A DNA stretch of 64,000 nucleotides from an uncultured Planctomycetota bacterium (GTDB lineage: Bacteria > Planctomycetota > PLA2 > JAEUHO01), in the NCBI GenBank assembly GCA_963752285.1, contig CAVVXN010000002.1, positions 384,001-448,000 of the forward strand, written 5' to 3'. Made by a program: the position numbers and the translations under genes. Of the stretch, positions 19,054-29,694 are shown in pieces (the stretch's first letter is position 1; each line of letters starts with the position of its first letter). Below the pieces are notes generated by a model that saw nothing but the letters and a program-made list of their open reading frames with translations, was not told the DNA's origin and ran no database searches.

Positions 19054-19839
19054 ATGGACCGGGACCACCTCGACGATCTGCTGCAGAAGGTCCGGGACGG
19101 GACCGTGGACGTCGCCGAGGCCGCGCGTGCCATCGCGGGGATCCTGCCGCAGGCGGGCGCTCCGGGCTCCGCCGCCCGGCCCTGGACGATCGACCACCAC
19201 CGGGGCGTTCGCTGCGGCTTTCCCGAGGTCGTGTACGGCGAGGCGAAGACCCCCGACGACCTCGTGTCGATCGCGGCCGAGGTGCTGCGGCGATCGGAGA
19301 CGCTGCTCGTGACGCGCGTAGACGCCGAGCGGGCGGCGCGGCTCCTCGCGGCGTTTCCCGACGCGCGCCATCACGAGCGCGCGCGCGCCGTCGTGGTCGC
19401 GCGCGGCGCACGGCCGCCCGGACGCCCGGGCGTGCTCGTCCTCGCCGCGGGCACCGCCGACGTCCCCGTCGCCGAAGAGGCGCGCGTCACCGCGGAGGCG
19501 ATGGGGGAGGCGCCGACCCCGCTCTACGACGTCGGGGTGGCCGGGCTCCACCGGCTCCTCTCGCGGCACGAGGCCCTCCGTGCCGCGCGTGTCGTGGTCG
19601 TCGTGGCCGGGATGGAGGGCGCGCTCCCGACCGTGGTCGGGGGCCTCGTCGCGGTGCCGGTGATCGCCGTGCCGACGTCGGTCGGCTACGGCGTCGGCGT
19701 GGGAGGGGTCCCGGCCCTGCTCACGATGCTCAGCTCGTGCGCGCCGAACGTCACGGTCGTGAACGTGGACAACGGGTTCGGCGCGGGCTACGTGGCGTCG
19801 TTGATCAACCGCGGCGTCCCGGAGGGCCCGGGGGGGTAG
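19054..19839 (+). CDS. larB: Nickel pincer cofactor biosynthesis protein LarB
   Basis: DHHRGVRCGFPEVVYGEAKT, AGTADVPVAEEA, DVGVAGLHRL, AGMEGALP, PTSVGYG, VNVDNGFGA. Confidence 0.92.
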   Translation: MDRDHLDDLLQKVRDGTVDVAEAARAIAGILPQAGAPGSAARPWTIDHHRGVRCGFPEVVYGEAKTPDDLVSIAAEVLRRSETLLVTRVDAERAARLLAAFPDARHHERARAVVVARGARPPGRPGVLVLAAGTADVPVAEEARVTAEAMGEAPTPLYDVGVAGLHRLLSRHEALRAARVVVVVAGMEGALPTVVGGLVAVPVIAVPTSVGYGVGVGGVPALLTMLSSCAPNVTVVNVDNGFGAGYVASLINRGVPEGPGG

Positions 19840-19923
19840 CGCCGCGCGCGGGGGGGGCCACGCGACGCGGGCGGCCTCGCGACGGGCACGCCGTGGGCCC
19901 GCCGACTGCTATCCTCTCCGCCC

Positions 19924-21072
19924 GTGTCCGAGTCGCGCCCCGCCCTGCTCGTCCTCGCCGACGGCACCGTGTTCGAGGGCCGCGCCTTCGGCGCGTCCGG
20001 GGAGCGCCGGGGCGAGGTCGTCTTCAACACGGCGATGACCGGCTACCAGGAGATCGCGACCGATCCTTCGTACGCCGGCCAGATCGTGTGCATGACGTAC
20101 CCGCACATCGGGAACTACGGCGTGAACCCCGACGACGTCGAGGCCTCGCACCCGTGGATCGAGGGCATGGCCGTCCGCGAGCTGAGCCCCGTCAGGAGCA
20201 ACTTCCGCTCGACCGAGAAGCTCGAGACCTGGTTCGCCCGGATGGGCGTGGTCGGGATCGAGGGCATCGACACGCGGCGCCTCACCCGCCGGCTCCGGCG
20301 GGACGGGGCCGTGAACGGCGTGCTCTCGACGGAGGACCTCGACGCGGGGCGCCTCGCCGAGAAGGCCCGGTCGGGGCCCTCGATGCAGGGGCTCGACCTC
20401 GTCCGGACCGTCTCCTGCTCGAAGTCCTACACGTGGGACGAGGGCTGGCCGGAGCCGTGGTTCCAGGGACCGCGCGAGCGTCCGGAGGGGGGCTGGAGCC
20501 CCGTCTACCGCATCACGGCGATGGACTTCGGGATCAAGCGGAACATCCTCAGGTCCCTCAAGGCGTACGGCTTCGAGGCCACCGTGGTACCGGCCCGGAC
20601 GACGGCCGCCGAGATCCTCGCGACCCGGCCCGACGGCGTCTTCCTCTCGAACGGCCCCGGCGACCCCGCGGCCGTGCCCTACGCGATCGAGACGATCCGC
20701 GGCCTGCTCGGAAAGGTCCCGCTCTTCGGCATCTGCCTCGGACACCAGCTCCTGGCGCTCGCCGCGGGCGCGCGGACGTACAAGCTCAAGTTCGGCCACC
20801 GCGGCGCGAACCATCCCGTGCGCGACCACGCGACGCGCGCCATCGAGATCACGAGCCAGAACCACGGGTTCGTGGTGGACGAGGCGAGCCTCGAGGGCAC
20901 GGGCTTTCACGCGACGCACACGAACCTGAACGACGGGACCAATGCGGGCGTCGCGAGCGACGAGCGCCGCGCCTTCGGCGTCCAGTACCACCCCGAGGCC
21001 GCCCCGGGTCCCCACGACGCGCACCACCTCTTCCTCCGGTTCCGCCGCCTGATCGCGGGCGGCGCCGCCTGA
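19924..21072 (+). CDS. carA: Carbamoyl-phosphate synthase small subunit
   Basis: GEVVFNTAMTGYQE, LSNGPGDP, GICLGHQ, SQNHGF, QYHPEA. Confidence 0.97.
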   Translation: MSESRPALLVLADGTVFEGRAFGASGERRGEVVFNTAMTGYQEIATDPSYAGQIVCMTYPHIGNYGVNPDDVEASHPWIEGMAVRELSPVRSNFRSTEKLETWFARMGVVGIEGIDTRRLTRRLRRDGAVNGVLSTEDLDAGRLAEKARSGPSMQGLDLVRTVSCSKSYTWDEGWPEPWFQGPRERPEGGWSPVYRITAMDFGIKRNILRSLKAYGFEATVVPARTTAAEILATRPDGVFLSNGPGDPAAVPYAIETIRGLLGKVPLFGICLGHQLLALAAGARTYKLKFGHRGANHPVRDHATRAIEITSQNHGFVVDEASLEGTGFHATHTNLNDGTNAGVASDERRAFGVQYHPEAAPGPHDAHHLFLRFRRLIAGGAA

Positions 21073-21170
21073 GGCCGACGCCCGAGGGCGCCGTCGATGG
21101 GCCCAGGGGCCCGGATCGGGCGTCCGCGCCGCCTCCGGGCTACCATGACCGTTTCCGGCCGGGAGGCCCG

Positions 21171-22469
21171 ATGGCGGTCACTTGCGTCTTCGGCATGCAG
21201 TGGGGCGACGAGGGGAAGGGGCGCATCGTAGACCTCCTCGCCGCCCGTTCGGACGTGGTCGTCCGCTACCAGGGGGGCGCCAACGCGGGCCACACCGTGG
21301 TCGTGGGGGACGAACGCTACGTCCTCCACATGCTCCCCTCGGGCGTGATCCAGCCCCACACGACGAACGTCATCGCGAACGGCGTGGTCGTGGACCCGTG
21401 GACGCTGCTCGAGGAGATCGACGACCTCGCGGCGCGCGGCATCGACCTGGCGGGCCGGCTGCTCGTCTCGGACCGGGCCCACGTCGTGCTGCCGTACCAC
21501 CGGCGGATGGACCAGGCGATGGAGGCCCTCCGCGGCGCGGCGGCGATCGGGACCACGAGTCGCGGCATCGGCCCGGCGTACGGCGACAAGTCGATGCGCG
21601 AGGGGTTCCGGGTGGCGGACCTCCTGCGCATGGACCGCGCGGAGACGCGTCTCCGCGCCCACCTCGCGGCGCGGAACGAGATCCTGTCCCGCGCGGGCCT
21701 CGAGCCCCTCGACGCCGACGAGGTGGTCGGCGCGATCCGGGAGGTGATGGGCCGGATCCGGGGCTACGTGACCGACACCACGGCCTGGCTCCTCGACGCG
21801 TGGCGCGGGGGCCGCTCGATCATCCTGGAGGGCGCCCAGGGCTTCGCGCTCGACGTGGACCAGGGGTCCTACCCGTACGTGACGTCCAGCCACACCGGGC
21901 CGTCCGGGGTCGCCTCCGGCACGGGCCTCCCGCCGAAGGCGATCGACGACGTCCTCGGCATCCTGAAGGCGTACGCCACGCGCGTCGGCGCGGGCCCCTT
22001 CCCGACGGAGGACCGGGGTCCCGCGGGACGCCACCTCGCCAAGCGCGGCCACGAGTTCGGCGCCACGACGGGCCGGCCGCGCTCGTGCGGGTGGTTCGAC
22101 GCGGTCGCGGCCCGCCGGGCCGCCGCGTGCGAGGGCGTGGACCGCGTGGCGCTGATGAAGCTCGACGTGCTCTCGGGTCTCGACGAGATCCGGCTCGCCG
22201 AGGCGTACGAGATCGACGGGCGTCGCCTCGACGTTCCGCCGGCGAGCGCCGAGGACTGGGCCCTCTGCCGGCCCGTGTACCGGGTCTTCCCCGGCTGGGG
22301 CGAGGACCTCGCGGGCGTGCGCCGGTTCGCCGACCTCCCCGCCGCGGCGCAGGCGTACGTGCGTGCGGTGCAGGACGTCCTGGGGGTCCCCGTCGGGATG
22401 ATCAGCGTCGGCGCCGAGCGCGAGCGCTCGATCGAGATGGCCGCCGGCGTTCCCGTGGCGTCGGCCTGA
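21171..22469 (+). CDS. purA: Adenylosuccinate synthetase
   Basis: QWGDEGKG, GGANAGHT, EGAQG, YPYVTSS, EFGATTGRPRSCGWFD. Confidence 0.97.
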   Translation: MAVTCVFGMQWGDEGKGRIVDLLAARSDVVVRYQGGANAGHTVVVGDERYVLHMLPSGVIQPHTTNVIANGVVVDPWTLLEEIDDLAARGIDLAGRLLVSDRAHVVLPYHRRMDQAMEALRGAAAIGTTSRGIGPAYGDKSMREGFRVADLLRMDRAETRLRAHLAARNEILSRAGLEPLDADEVVGAIREVMGRIRGYVTDTTAWLLDAWRGGRSIILEGAQGFALDVDQGSYPYVTSSHTGPSGVASGTGLPPKAIDDVLGILKAYATRVGAGPFPTEDRGPAGRHLAKRGHEFGATTGRPRSCGWFDAVAARRAAACEGVDRVALMKLDVLSGLDEIRLAEAYEIDGRRLDVPPASAEDWALCRPVYRVFPGWGEDLAGVRRFADLPAAAQAYVRAVQDVLGVPVGMISVGAERERSIEMAAGVPVASA

Positions 22470-22479
22470 CGGAGCGCCG

Positions 22480-23370
22480 ATGGAGGGCACGTTGACGGCG
22501 GCGACGCGTCCGGCGGACCCGAGGGCGCGGCGGCGCGCGATCTGGATCCGGCTGGTGGTCGCGCCGATCTCGCTCGCCGTCGTGGTGGGCGTGCTCTTCC
22601 TGCACGACCGCACCGGGAACCCGCTCCCGACCGACGTCCTCCTCGCGGTCCTCGGCGCGGGGGCCGCGTTCGAGCTCGCGCGCGTGCTCCGGACCGGCGG
22701 CGTGGAGGCGGACCTCGCGGTCGCGACGGTGGCGAGCGGCCTCACGGCGGGCGTCGGACTCTTCGCGCCCTTCGATCCCGCGGCGCGGATGGCGGCGCGG
22801 GCGATCCTGCCCGTCGCGGCGCTCACCGCGCTCCTGTTCCTCCGGCTCCTCGACCTCCGGCGGGCGTCACTCGCCGGACTCTCGGCGACGATCCTGCCGA
22901 TCGTCTACGTCGGCCTCCCGCTCGGCTTCGCCCGCGAGATCGACGGCACGCAGGACCTCGCCCGGTGGCTCGTGTACGTCGTGGTCGTGGCGAAGGCGAG
23001 CGACATCGGCGGCTGGGTCGTCGGGAAGCCGCTCGGCCGCCACAAGCTGATCCCGGCCGTCTCGCCCGGGAAGTCGTGGGAGGGCCTCGCGGGCGGCCTC
23101 GCGCTCTCCCTCCTCGCCGCGGTCCTGCTCCCCGAGCCGCTCGCGATCGGCGCGACCGGATGGTCGGTCGCGAAGCGCGCGGCATTCGGTCTGCTGCTCG
23201 GCGTGGCCTCCGTCGCGGCGGGTCTCACGCACAGCGCGTTCAAGCGGCGGGCCGGCGTCAAGGACTCCGCGCCGCTGATCCCCGAGATGGGCGGGCTGCT
23301 CGACATGGTGGACTCGATGCTCCTCGCCGCGCCGGTCGCGTGGCTCTGGTTCGCGGTGGGCCTGGGCTGA
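22480..23370 (+). CDS. cdsA: Phosphatidate cytidylyltransferase
   Basis: SDIGG, SPGKSWEG, SAFKRRAGVKDS, GGLLDMVDS. Confidence 0.92.
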   Translation: MEGTLTAATRPADPRARRRAIWIRLVVAPISLAVVVGVLFLHDRTGNPLPTDVLLAVLGAGAAFELARVLRTGGVEADLAVATVASGLTAGVGLFAPFDPAARMAARAILPVAALTALLFLRLLDLRRASLAGLSATILPIVYVGLPLGFAREIDGTQDLARWLVYVVVVAKASDIGGWVVGKPLGRHKLIPAVSPGKSWEGLAGGLALSLLAAVLLPEPLAIGATGWSVAKRAAFGLLLGVASVAAGLTHSAFKRRAGVKDSAPLIPEMGGLLDMVDSMLLAAPVAWLWFAVGLG

Positions 23371-23400
23371 CCAGACGGGACCCACCGCCGGGAGACGCAG

Positions 23401-24432
23401 TTGACGAAGGTCCGAATCGCCGGCACGGGGACCGAGGAGCAGCGCACGCTCTTCGGGCCGATGGACCGCCACCTCCGCGCGCTCCGCGAGGACGCGGGCG
23501 TTCGCATCACGGCGCGGAAGGACGCGCTGTTCCTGGAGGGCGACGACGAGACGCGCGTGCGCGAGGTCGAGCGGCGCGTGCGCCAGGCGCTCCGCGAGAT
23601 GCGGTCGTCGCGGGAGCCCCTCGGGGAGGATGTGGTCGAGGACCTGCTCCTCGGCCGCCGCGACGGCGAGCGCGGGCTCCCCATGCCCGGCACCGCGTCC
23701 GGCGCGCCCGCGGGGCTCCCGCGCACGCGCGGGCCGGTCCGCCGGTCGGCCGCGAGCCCGCCGGGCATGCCCGAGCCCCTGACCGCCAACCAACAGCGGT
23801 ACGTGCGCGCGATCAAGAAGTGCGACGTCGTGTTCAGCATCGGTCCCGCGGGCACGGGCAAGACGTACCTCGCCGTCGCCGAGGCCGTCGCGGCGCTCCG
23901 CGACGGCGACGTGCGCCGGCTCGTCCTGACGCGCCCCGCGGTGGAGGCCGGCGAGAAGCTCGGGTTCCTGCCGGGCGACTTCCAGGCCAAGGTCAACCCG
24001 TACCTGAGGCCGCTCTACGACGCGCTCGGCGAGCTCCTTCCGTACGGCGAGGTGAAGCGCGCGCTCGACCGCGACGTCATCGAGATCGCGCCCCTCGCGT
24101 ACATGCGCGGGCGGACGCTGAAGGAGGCGTTCATCATCCTCGACGAGGCGCAGAACACGACGCCCTCGCAGATGAAGATGTTCCTCACGCGCATGGGCAA
24201 GGGCTCGAAGATGGTCGTGAACGGCGACGTCACGCAGGTGGACCTCCCGGACGACACCACGTCCGGGCTCGTAGACGCGATCCGCATCCTCGATGGCGTG
24301 AAGGGCATCGCCGTCGTGCGCCTCGGCCCGAAGGACATCGTCCGCCATCCGCTGGTGCAGCGGATCGTGGACGCGTACGAGCAGCGAGAGGACCCCCGGC
24401 GCGCGGCGGCCACCGACCCGAGCGGCGCGTGA
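23401..24432 (+). CDS. phoH: PhoH family ATPase
   Basis: [40 protein letters not shown]. Confidence 0.95.
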   Translation: MTKVRIAGTGTEEQRTLFGPMDRHLRALREDAGVRITARKDALFLEGDDETRVREVERRVRQALREMRSSREPLGEDVVEDLLLGRRDGERGLPMPGTASGAPAGLPRTRGPVRRSAASPPGMPEPLTANQQRYVRAIKKCDVVFSIGPAGTGKTYLAVAEAVAALRDGDVRRLVLTRPAVEAGEKLGFLPGDFQAKVNPYLRPLYDALGELLPYGEVKRALDRDVIEIAPLAYMRGRTLKEAFIILDEAQNTTPSQMKMFLTRMGKGSKMVVNGDVTQVDLPDDTTSGLVDAIRILDGVKGIAVVRLGPKDIVRHPLVQRIVDAYEQREDPRRAAATDPSGA

Positions 24433-24911
24433 GCGAGCGGACCGCGGCGACGGTGGGCCTCCACGTCGAGGGCGTCCGCGTCCCGGGGGGCCGGGCCCGG
24501 CTCCGCGCGGCCCTCCTCCGGCTCGGCGCCTACGCCGCCGGGCGGGCCGAGCGGCCGGTGGAGCTCTCGTTCGCCCTCGTCACGGACGACCGGATGGCGG
24601 CGCTGAACCAGGGCTTCCTGGGCCACGAGGGCCCGACCGACGTCCTCTCGTTTCCCCTCCAGGAGGAGCCGCGCCTCGTGGGCGACGTCGTGATCTCGGT
24701 GGACACGGCGCGGCGGGAGGCGGAAAGGCGGCGGCACCCGGCGTACGATGAGGTCGTGCTGTACGCGGTCCACGGGGTCCTCCACCTCCTGGGCCACGAC
24801 GATCACGACCCGGCCTCGCGCCGGCGGATGCGACGCGCGGAACGCCGCGTGCTCCGCGCGCTCGGGGTCGAGCCCGTCTTCCGTCGCCGTCCGGGGAGGA
24901 CACGAAGATGA
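24429..24911 (+). CDS. ybeY: rRNA maturation endoribonuclease YbeY
   Basis: [29 protein letters not shown] overlap with phoH. Confidence 0.93.
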   Translation: MSERTAATVGLHVEGVRVPGGRARLRAALLRLGAYAAGRAERPVELSFALVTDDRMAALNQGFLGHEGPTDVLSFPLQEEPRLVGDVVISVDTARREAERRRHPAYDEVVLYAVHGVLHLLGHDDHDPASRRRMRRAERRVLRALGVEPVFRRRPGRTRR

Positions 24912-26032
24912 CCGCCGCCCAAGACCCCCTCGTCTCCCTGCTCGTCGAGCGCGCGCTCGTGACGCAGGACCAGATCGCCGAGGCGCGCCGGATCCAGCAG
25001 CAGATGGAGTCCATGGGTCTCCGCGCGCGGTCCGTCCCGGACGTCCTCGTCGAGAAGGGCTGGCTCGACGGGACCGACCTCGAGAGCCTGCAGAAGGACC
25101 TGCACACCGTCGAGGGACGGGACCAGGTCGCGGGCTACAAGCTGCTCGAGCTCGTCGGTCGCGGCTCGATGGGGGCGGTCTACAAGGCCAAGCAGCTCTC
25201 GCTCGACCGCGTCGTCGCGCTGAAGGTGCTCGACCCCGAGCTCGCACGGGACGAGGCGTACGTCGCGCGCTTCCTCAAGGAGGCGCGCGCGGTCGCGCGG
25301 CTCTCGCACACGAACCTCGTGTCCGGTATCGACGTCGGCGAGGAGGGCGGTGTTCGGTACCTCGCGATGGAGTTCGCCGACGGCGTCACGCTCGCGCGCG
25401 TGCTGCGCCGCGGCGGGGCGCTCGACGAGGAGCGCGCGCTCTGGCTCGGGACCCAGATCGGTCGCGCGCTCGAGTACGCGCACAAGAACGGGCTCGTGCA
25501 CGGCGACCTGAGGCCCGAGAACGTGATCATCACCGGCGACGGCGTGGCAAAGGTCTCCGACCTGGGCGTGGCGCGCCGCGAGGCGGACGCGACCGAGGAG
25601 GGCCGCGAGCTCAAGGGCTCGCCCGACTACCTGAGCCCCGAGCAGGCGCGCGGGCTCGAGAACGTCGGGCCGCCCGCCGACCTTTACGCGCTCGGCTGCA
25701 TCCTCTTCCACATGCTCACGGGACGCGTGCCCTTCCCCGCGGAGCAGCGCGAGGCCACCGTCGCGAAGCACCTGACCGAGCCGGCCCCCGCCGTGGAGAG
25801 CCTCGCGCCCGAGACGTCCGCCGAGACCTCGGCGATCGTCGCGCGTCTGCTCCAGAAGAACCCGACCGAGCGCATGCCGAGCGCGACGGCGCTCCTCGAG
25901 GCGCTCGACGACGCGACGACGCGCCTCAAGGCGGCGCGCCTCCGCGCGGCGCCGCCTTCCTCCTCCGCGCGCCCGGGTGCCCCGTCCTCCGCCGGCGGCG
26001 CGCCCGTGGTCCGCCGTCGCCGTCGCCGCTGA
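24908..26032 (+). CDS. Hanks-type Ser/Thr protein kinase with N-terminal helical domain
   Basis: GRGSMGAVY, VALK, HGDLRPEN, DLG, YLSPEQ, DLYALG; ATGA overlap with ybeY. Confidence 0.92.
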   Translation: MTAAQDPLVSLLVERALVTQDQIAEARRIQQQMESMGLRARSVPDVLVEKGWLDGTDLESLQKDLHTVEGRDQVAGYKLLELVGRGSMGAVYKAKQLSLDRVVALKVLDPELARDEAYVARFLKEARAVARLSHTNLVSGIDVGEEGGVRYLAMEFADGVTLARVLRRGGALDEERALWLGTQIGRALEYAHKNGLVHGDLRPENVIITGDGVAKVSDLGVARREADATEEGRELKGSPDYLSPEQARGLENVGPPADLYALGCILFHMLTGRVPFPAEQREATVAKHLTEPAPAVESLAPETSAETSAIVARLLQKNPTERMPSATALLEALDDATTRLKAARLRAAPPSSSARPGAPSSAGGAPVVRRRRRR

Positions 26033-26118
26033 CCGTCCCGCCGGCGCGAACGACGTCGTCGTGCGCGTGCACCGGCCCCGGGACCCCGCGCGGGACGACC
26101 GTCTCGGCGGCGGCCACA

Positions 26119-27558
26119 TCAGAGGATCGGAGCGAGGAGGCCTGCGGCGTTTCGGAGCAGTCGGCCGCCGAGCCCGAAGCGGACCTCCTCGGAGCGGAGC
26201 CGTCGGGCGTGGGCGATCTCGCGATCGATGAGCGTACGCAGTGCGACGGCCGTCGGGGGGTGGGGAAAGGCGGCGTTGAGCTCGAAGTTCAGTCGAAGGC
26301 TCCGTGCGTCCATGTTCGCGCTGCCGAGCGTGCCCCACTCGTCGTCGACGACCAGGATCTTGCCGTGGAGCATGCGAGGATAGACCCACACCTCGAGGCC
26401 GGCGTCCATGAGGCGCGGAAGGATGCTCTCCATCGCGAGGCGCACCGGAACGTGGTCCGTCCGGGCAGGGACCAGGAGCCGCACGGGCAGGCCGCGCAGC
26501 ACCACGGCGCGAATGGCCGCCATCAGCGGTTCCGGCGGAAGGAAGTAGGGCGTCATGATGTCCACGCGCACGCGTGCCGCGGCGATGGCGGCGAAGAAGA
26601 GATCCTCGATCTGGCTCGTCTCTCGGTCGGGGCCGCCCGCGACCACCTGCACGGGGACGTGACCGTGAGGAACGGCCCTTCGGAAGTACCGCTCGTCGGC
26701 GAGAGGCTCCCGGGTGGCGAACTGCCAGTCCTCGAGGAACGCGCGCTGGAGTCCGAGCGCCGCCGGCCCCACGATCCGCACGTGCGCGTCGCGCCACCGG
26801 TTCGTCTCCGCGTACTCGTCGGCGATGTTCATGCCGCCGGTGAACCCGGTGTGGCCGTCCACCACGATGATCTTGCGGTGGTTCCGGAGATTGACGCGCA
26901 GGCCCGGGTGGAGGGGGCCCACGGGAAGGAACGCGGCCACGACCCCGCCGGCTTGCACGAGGGGCTGGAAGAGGGTCACCGGGGTGCGGTAGGAACCCCA
27001 GGCGTCGTAGAGCACACGGACGGCCACGCCGCGGGCTGCGGCGCGCGCGAGCGCGGCCACCACCGTGTGGCCGGTCCGATCCGCTCGGATGATGTAGGTC
27101 TCGACGTGGACATGGTCGTGCGCGCCGTCGATGGCCTCGAGCACCGCGGCGAATGCGACCGGTCCCTCCGCGAGCAGCAGCACCTCGTTGCCCGGATACG
27201 GCGGGAAGGCTCCCATGACCTCGGCGGTTCGCACGAGCTCGGGCGAGAATGCGTGGCCGAGCTGCTGGGCTACCGACTCTCGGAAGGGACGCTCGATGGA
27301 CTCCACGTACGAGGCGTGGCCATGGCGGAGGAGGAGCACCTTTCGTCGCAGGCGACTCCGGCCGAGAACCCAGTAGAAGAAGAGGCCGAGCCCGGGCAGA
27401 CCCAAGACGACCAAGACCCATCCGATCCGGCCCTGGGGTGTCTTCGGGGCCAGGAGGATCACGGGAATCGTCGCCAGGCTCGGCAGGATGCTCAGCATCC
27501 AGAGGTGGACGAACACCGATTCCCAGGCGAGACCCAGGGTGAACATCGAGATCGTCAT
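26119..27558 (-). CDS. cls: Cardiolipin synthase
   Basis: Two N-terminal TMs; two HKD motifs (NHRKIIVVD, HGKILVVD); GSANMDARS. Confidence 0.93.
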   Translation of the reverse strand: MTISMFTLGLAWESVFVHLWMLSILPSLATIPVILLAPKTPQGRIGWVLVVLGLPGLGLFFYWVLGRSRLRRKVLLLRHGHASYVESIERPFRESVAQQLGHAFSPELVRTAEVMGAFPPYPGNEVLLLAEGPVAFAAVLEAIDGAHDHVHVETYIIRADRTGHTVVAALARAAARGVAVRVLYDAWGSYRTPVTLFQPLVQAGGVVAAFLPVGPLHPGLRVNLRNHRKIIVVDGHTGFTGGMNIADEYAETNRWRDAHVRIVGPAALGLQRAFLEDWQFATREPLADERYFRRAVPHGHVPVQVVAGGPDRETSQIEDLFFAAIAAARVRVDIMTPYFLPPEPLMAAIRAVVLRGLPVRLLVPARTDHVPVRLAMESILPRLMDAGLEVWVYPRMLHGKILVVDDEWGTLGSANMDARSLRLNFELNAAFPHPPTAVALRTLIDREIAHARRLRSEEVRFGLGGRLLRNAAGLLAPIL

Positions 27559-27572
27559 GAAGGGGGCTCGGC

Positions 27573-28163
27573 CTACCGGTTCCCCGACGGAGCTCCTGCC
27601 GTCACCGCAAAGCGCAGCGCCTGCTCCACGCTCATGGACACGGGCGTGAGCGAGGATCGACGCGCCAGCACCGAGTATCCGCCGAGACCGTAGCTCATCG
27701 GGACGTAGACGACGGCGACCGGGTCGCCTTCCTCTCCGGGGTCGATCTCGGGCACCTCGTGTCGGGTGACGAGTCCGAGCATCCGGACCGGGGAGGCGGC
27801 GATCTTCACGAGCACCACCTGATCGACCCGCTCGGGGCCCTGCCTGGTGAACAGGGAGAGCAGGTCGCTCACCGAACCGTAGATCGTCTTGACGAGCGGA
27901 ACTCGGTCCATCAGGGTTCGGAAGTACGCCCCGATCTTCCGCGCGACGACGGCGCGCATGATCAGCCCCACGGCCACGAGGAGCGCAAACGCCAGGACGA
28001 GACCCGCGCCAGGTATGTAGAGGCGGTCGGGCACGGCGCGGCGCAAGATCCCCCCCAGGATCGTCTCGGCGCCGGAACCCAGCCACCAGCCGATGTAGAG
28101 CGTGATGGCGACCGGAAGCACCGTGACGAGTCCGCTCAACGCGAGCTTCCCGATGGTCTTCAT
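27573..28163 (-). CDS. DUF502 family membrane protein
   Basis: GLVTVLPVAIT, RVPLVKTIYGS, VYVPMSY..GG, MSVEQALRF; RBS ggag. Confidence 0.88.
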   Translation of the reverse strand: MKTIGKLALSGLVTVLPVAITLYIGWWLGSGAETILGGILRRAVPDRLYIPGAGLVLAFALLVAVGLIMRAVVARKIGAYFRTLMDRVPLVKTIYGSVSDLLSLFTRQGPERVDQVVLVKIAASPVRMLGLVTRHEVPEIDPGEEGDPVAVVYVPMSYGLGGYSVLARRSSLTPVSMSVEQALRFAVTAGAPSGNR

Positions 28164-28398
28164 GCCATCTCCTCCGGGCGTCCTGTCGGCGCACACGACG
28201 TGTACGGCATCCCGCCGCGGAGATCCACAAACGGTGCGGGCTCCACCCCGCCCGGGCGCTCGGGTCCGTTCGGTACCGGTGTGCATCCGGCCGCGGCGGG
28301 ACGAAGGCCCGGCACGGGGCGGCCACCGACGTCGAAGGGCGCCGGGGGGACGCCCGCCGGTCGAGCCGATCGGCGGGCGTCCCTTCGAGCCGGCGTTC

Positions 28399-29646
28399 CT
28401 ACCGCGCCTGCGGACCGGGGACGCGCGACTCCGTAGGGGCGTTCGAGGGCGCGGCCGGTTGAGAGCGCCCGGGGTTGACCGGGTCGGACACCGGGCACGT
28501 GTCCTTCGGCGACTCGGGGTCGGAGCCCTTCTCGACGAACGGCGCGTCCTCGGGCGACGTCGCCGCCGCGGTACGCAGCGTGGCCTCGTCGATCTGGTGC
28601 CACGACGGGTCCGGATCGAAGGACTCGATCTTCGCCGCGACCCGGAGCGAATCGGGCCCCAGGTCCTTCTCGTAGACTCGGCCCTGGTTGCTCACGACGA
28701 ACGACATGATGCCGGTGTTGCGGTGCGTCGCCGGCACGCCGAGCAGCGCGAAACCGGCGATCATGCGGCCATTGATCACGTACGAGTAGGCGCCGCCGAG
28801 CGCGTGCGGGCCCTGGGCCGTGAGGATCCGCCAGTAGTAGCCGCCGAAGGGGGCCTTCGCGTCCAGCGCAGCCTTCTGCGCCGCCTCGAGCGGCGTCAGC
28901 TCCGGCCCCGCCGGGCTCAGCTCCTCGTCCGCCGTCGACTCCCAGCAGAGTCCGTCCTTCTCCCCCGGCGTGGAGACGAGCCGCTGCGCGTACTCCTTGA
29001 CGCCGTCGCCGTTGCGATCCATCGAGGCGTACTGGACCTGGGCGTCGGCGTAGGCGAGGCAGATGCCGATCGCCTCCAGCTCGTACTCGCCGATCCGCCG
29101 GACGAGCAGCTCCTCGCGGCCGGCCGCGGTGTCGGCCATCCACCCGCCGTCCTTGTGGACCAACGGGATCGCGAGCGGGTAGCTCAGCGGTCCGACCACG
29201 CATACGACGCGCCCGTCGGACTGCTTCGCCAAGGTGAGATGGGACTTGGCTGCGGTCGCCAGCTCGGCACGCTCCGTACGCACGGTAGGGTCGCTGCCGT
29301 CTTGCACGAGGTCTTCGTTGCCCGGGCCCATGATGGCCTTGAGCGCCGCGTCGTCGTTCTTGTCGAACGCCTCGAACAGCGCCTTGGCCGCGGCCTCGGG
29401 CGTCTCGAAGGTCTTCCCCAGGGAGGGGCTCGGCGGGACGACGGGGGTACCGACGTCGGTGGGGGCCTCCGGCGGGGCGGCGGGCGTGTCGGGCGCGACG
29501 GGGGCGGCCGGTGTCGGCGGCTCCTCGCCGGCGGGAGCCGTCAGGGACACGACGCCGATCGTCGCGAGGAACGCGAAGGCGAAGTACGTGGCAGCGCGAC
29601 CGAGACGAGGAGCGACGCGCTCGACGGGGGGGACTCGGCAGGACAT
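28399..29646 (-). CDS. DUF2950 family secreted protein
   Basis: FETPEAA, RRIGEYEL, AQVQYA, DGLCW, PFGGYYWRILTAQG, GIMSFVV, YEKDLG. Confidence 0.88.
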   Translation of the reverse strand: MSCRVPPVERVAPRLGRAATYFAFAFLATIGVVSLTAPAGEEPPTPAAPVAPDTPAAPPEAPTDVGTPVVPPSPSLGKTFETPEAAAKALFEAFDKNDDAALKAIMGPGNEDLVQDGSDPTVRTERAELATAAKSHLTLAKQSDGRVVCVVGPLSYPLAIPLVHKDGGWMADTAAGREELLVRRIGEYELEAIGICLAYADAQVQYASMDRNGDGVKEYAQRLVSTPGEKDGLCWESTADEELSPAGPELTPLEAAQKAALDAKAPFGGYYWRILTAQGPHALGGAYSYVINGRMIAGFALLGVPATHRNTGIMSFVVSNQGRVYEKDLGPDSLRVAAKIESFDPDPSWHQIDEATLRTAAATSPEDAPFVEKGSDPESPKDTCPVSDPVNPGRSQPAAPSNAPTESRVPGPQAR

Positions 29647-29694
29647 GGAAAACCTCCGATGGCTCTGGGGGGAACTCTGGCGACGGCGGGGCGA

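Noticed and set aside
9236..22469. Very long Arg/Pro/Gly-rich ORFs (e.g. 10497-13664, 14119-18051, and the 5' extension of 18780-22469)
   Set aside because: Shadow frames of real genes, expected at this GC content; no motifs.
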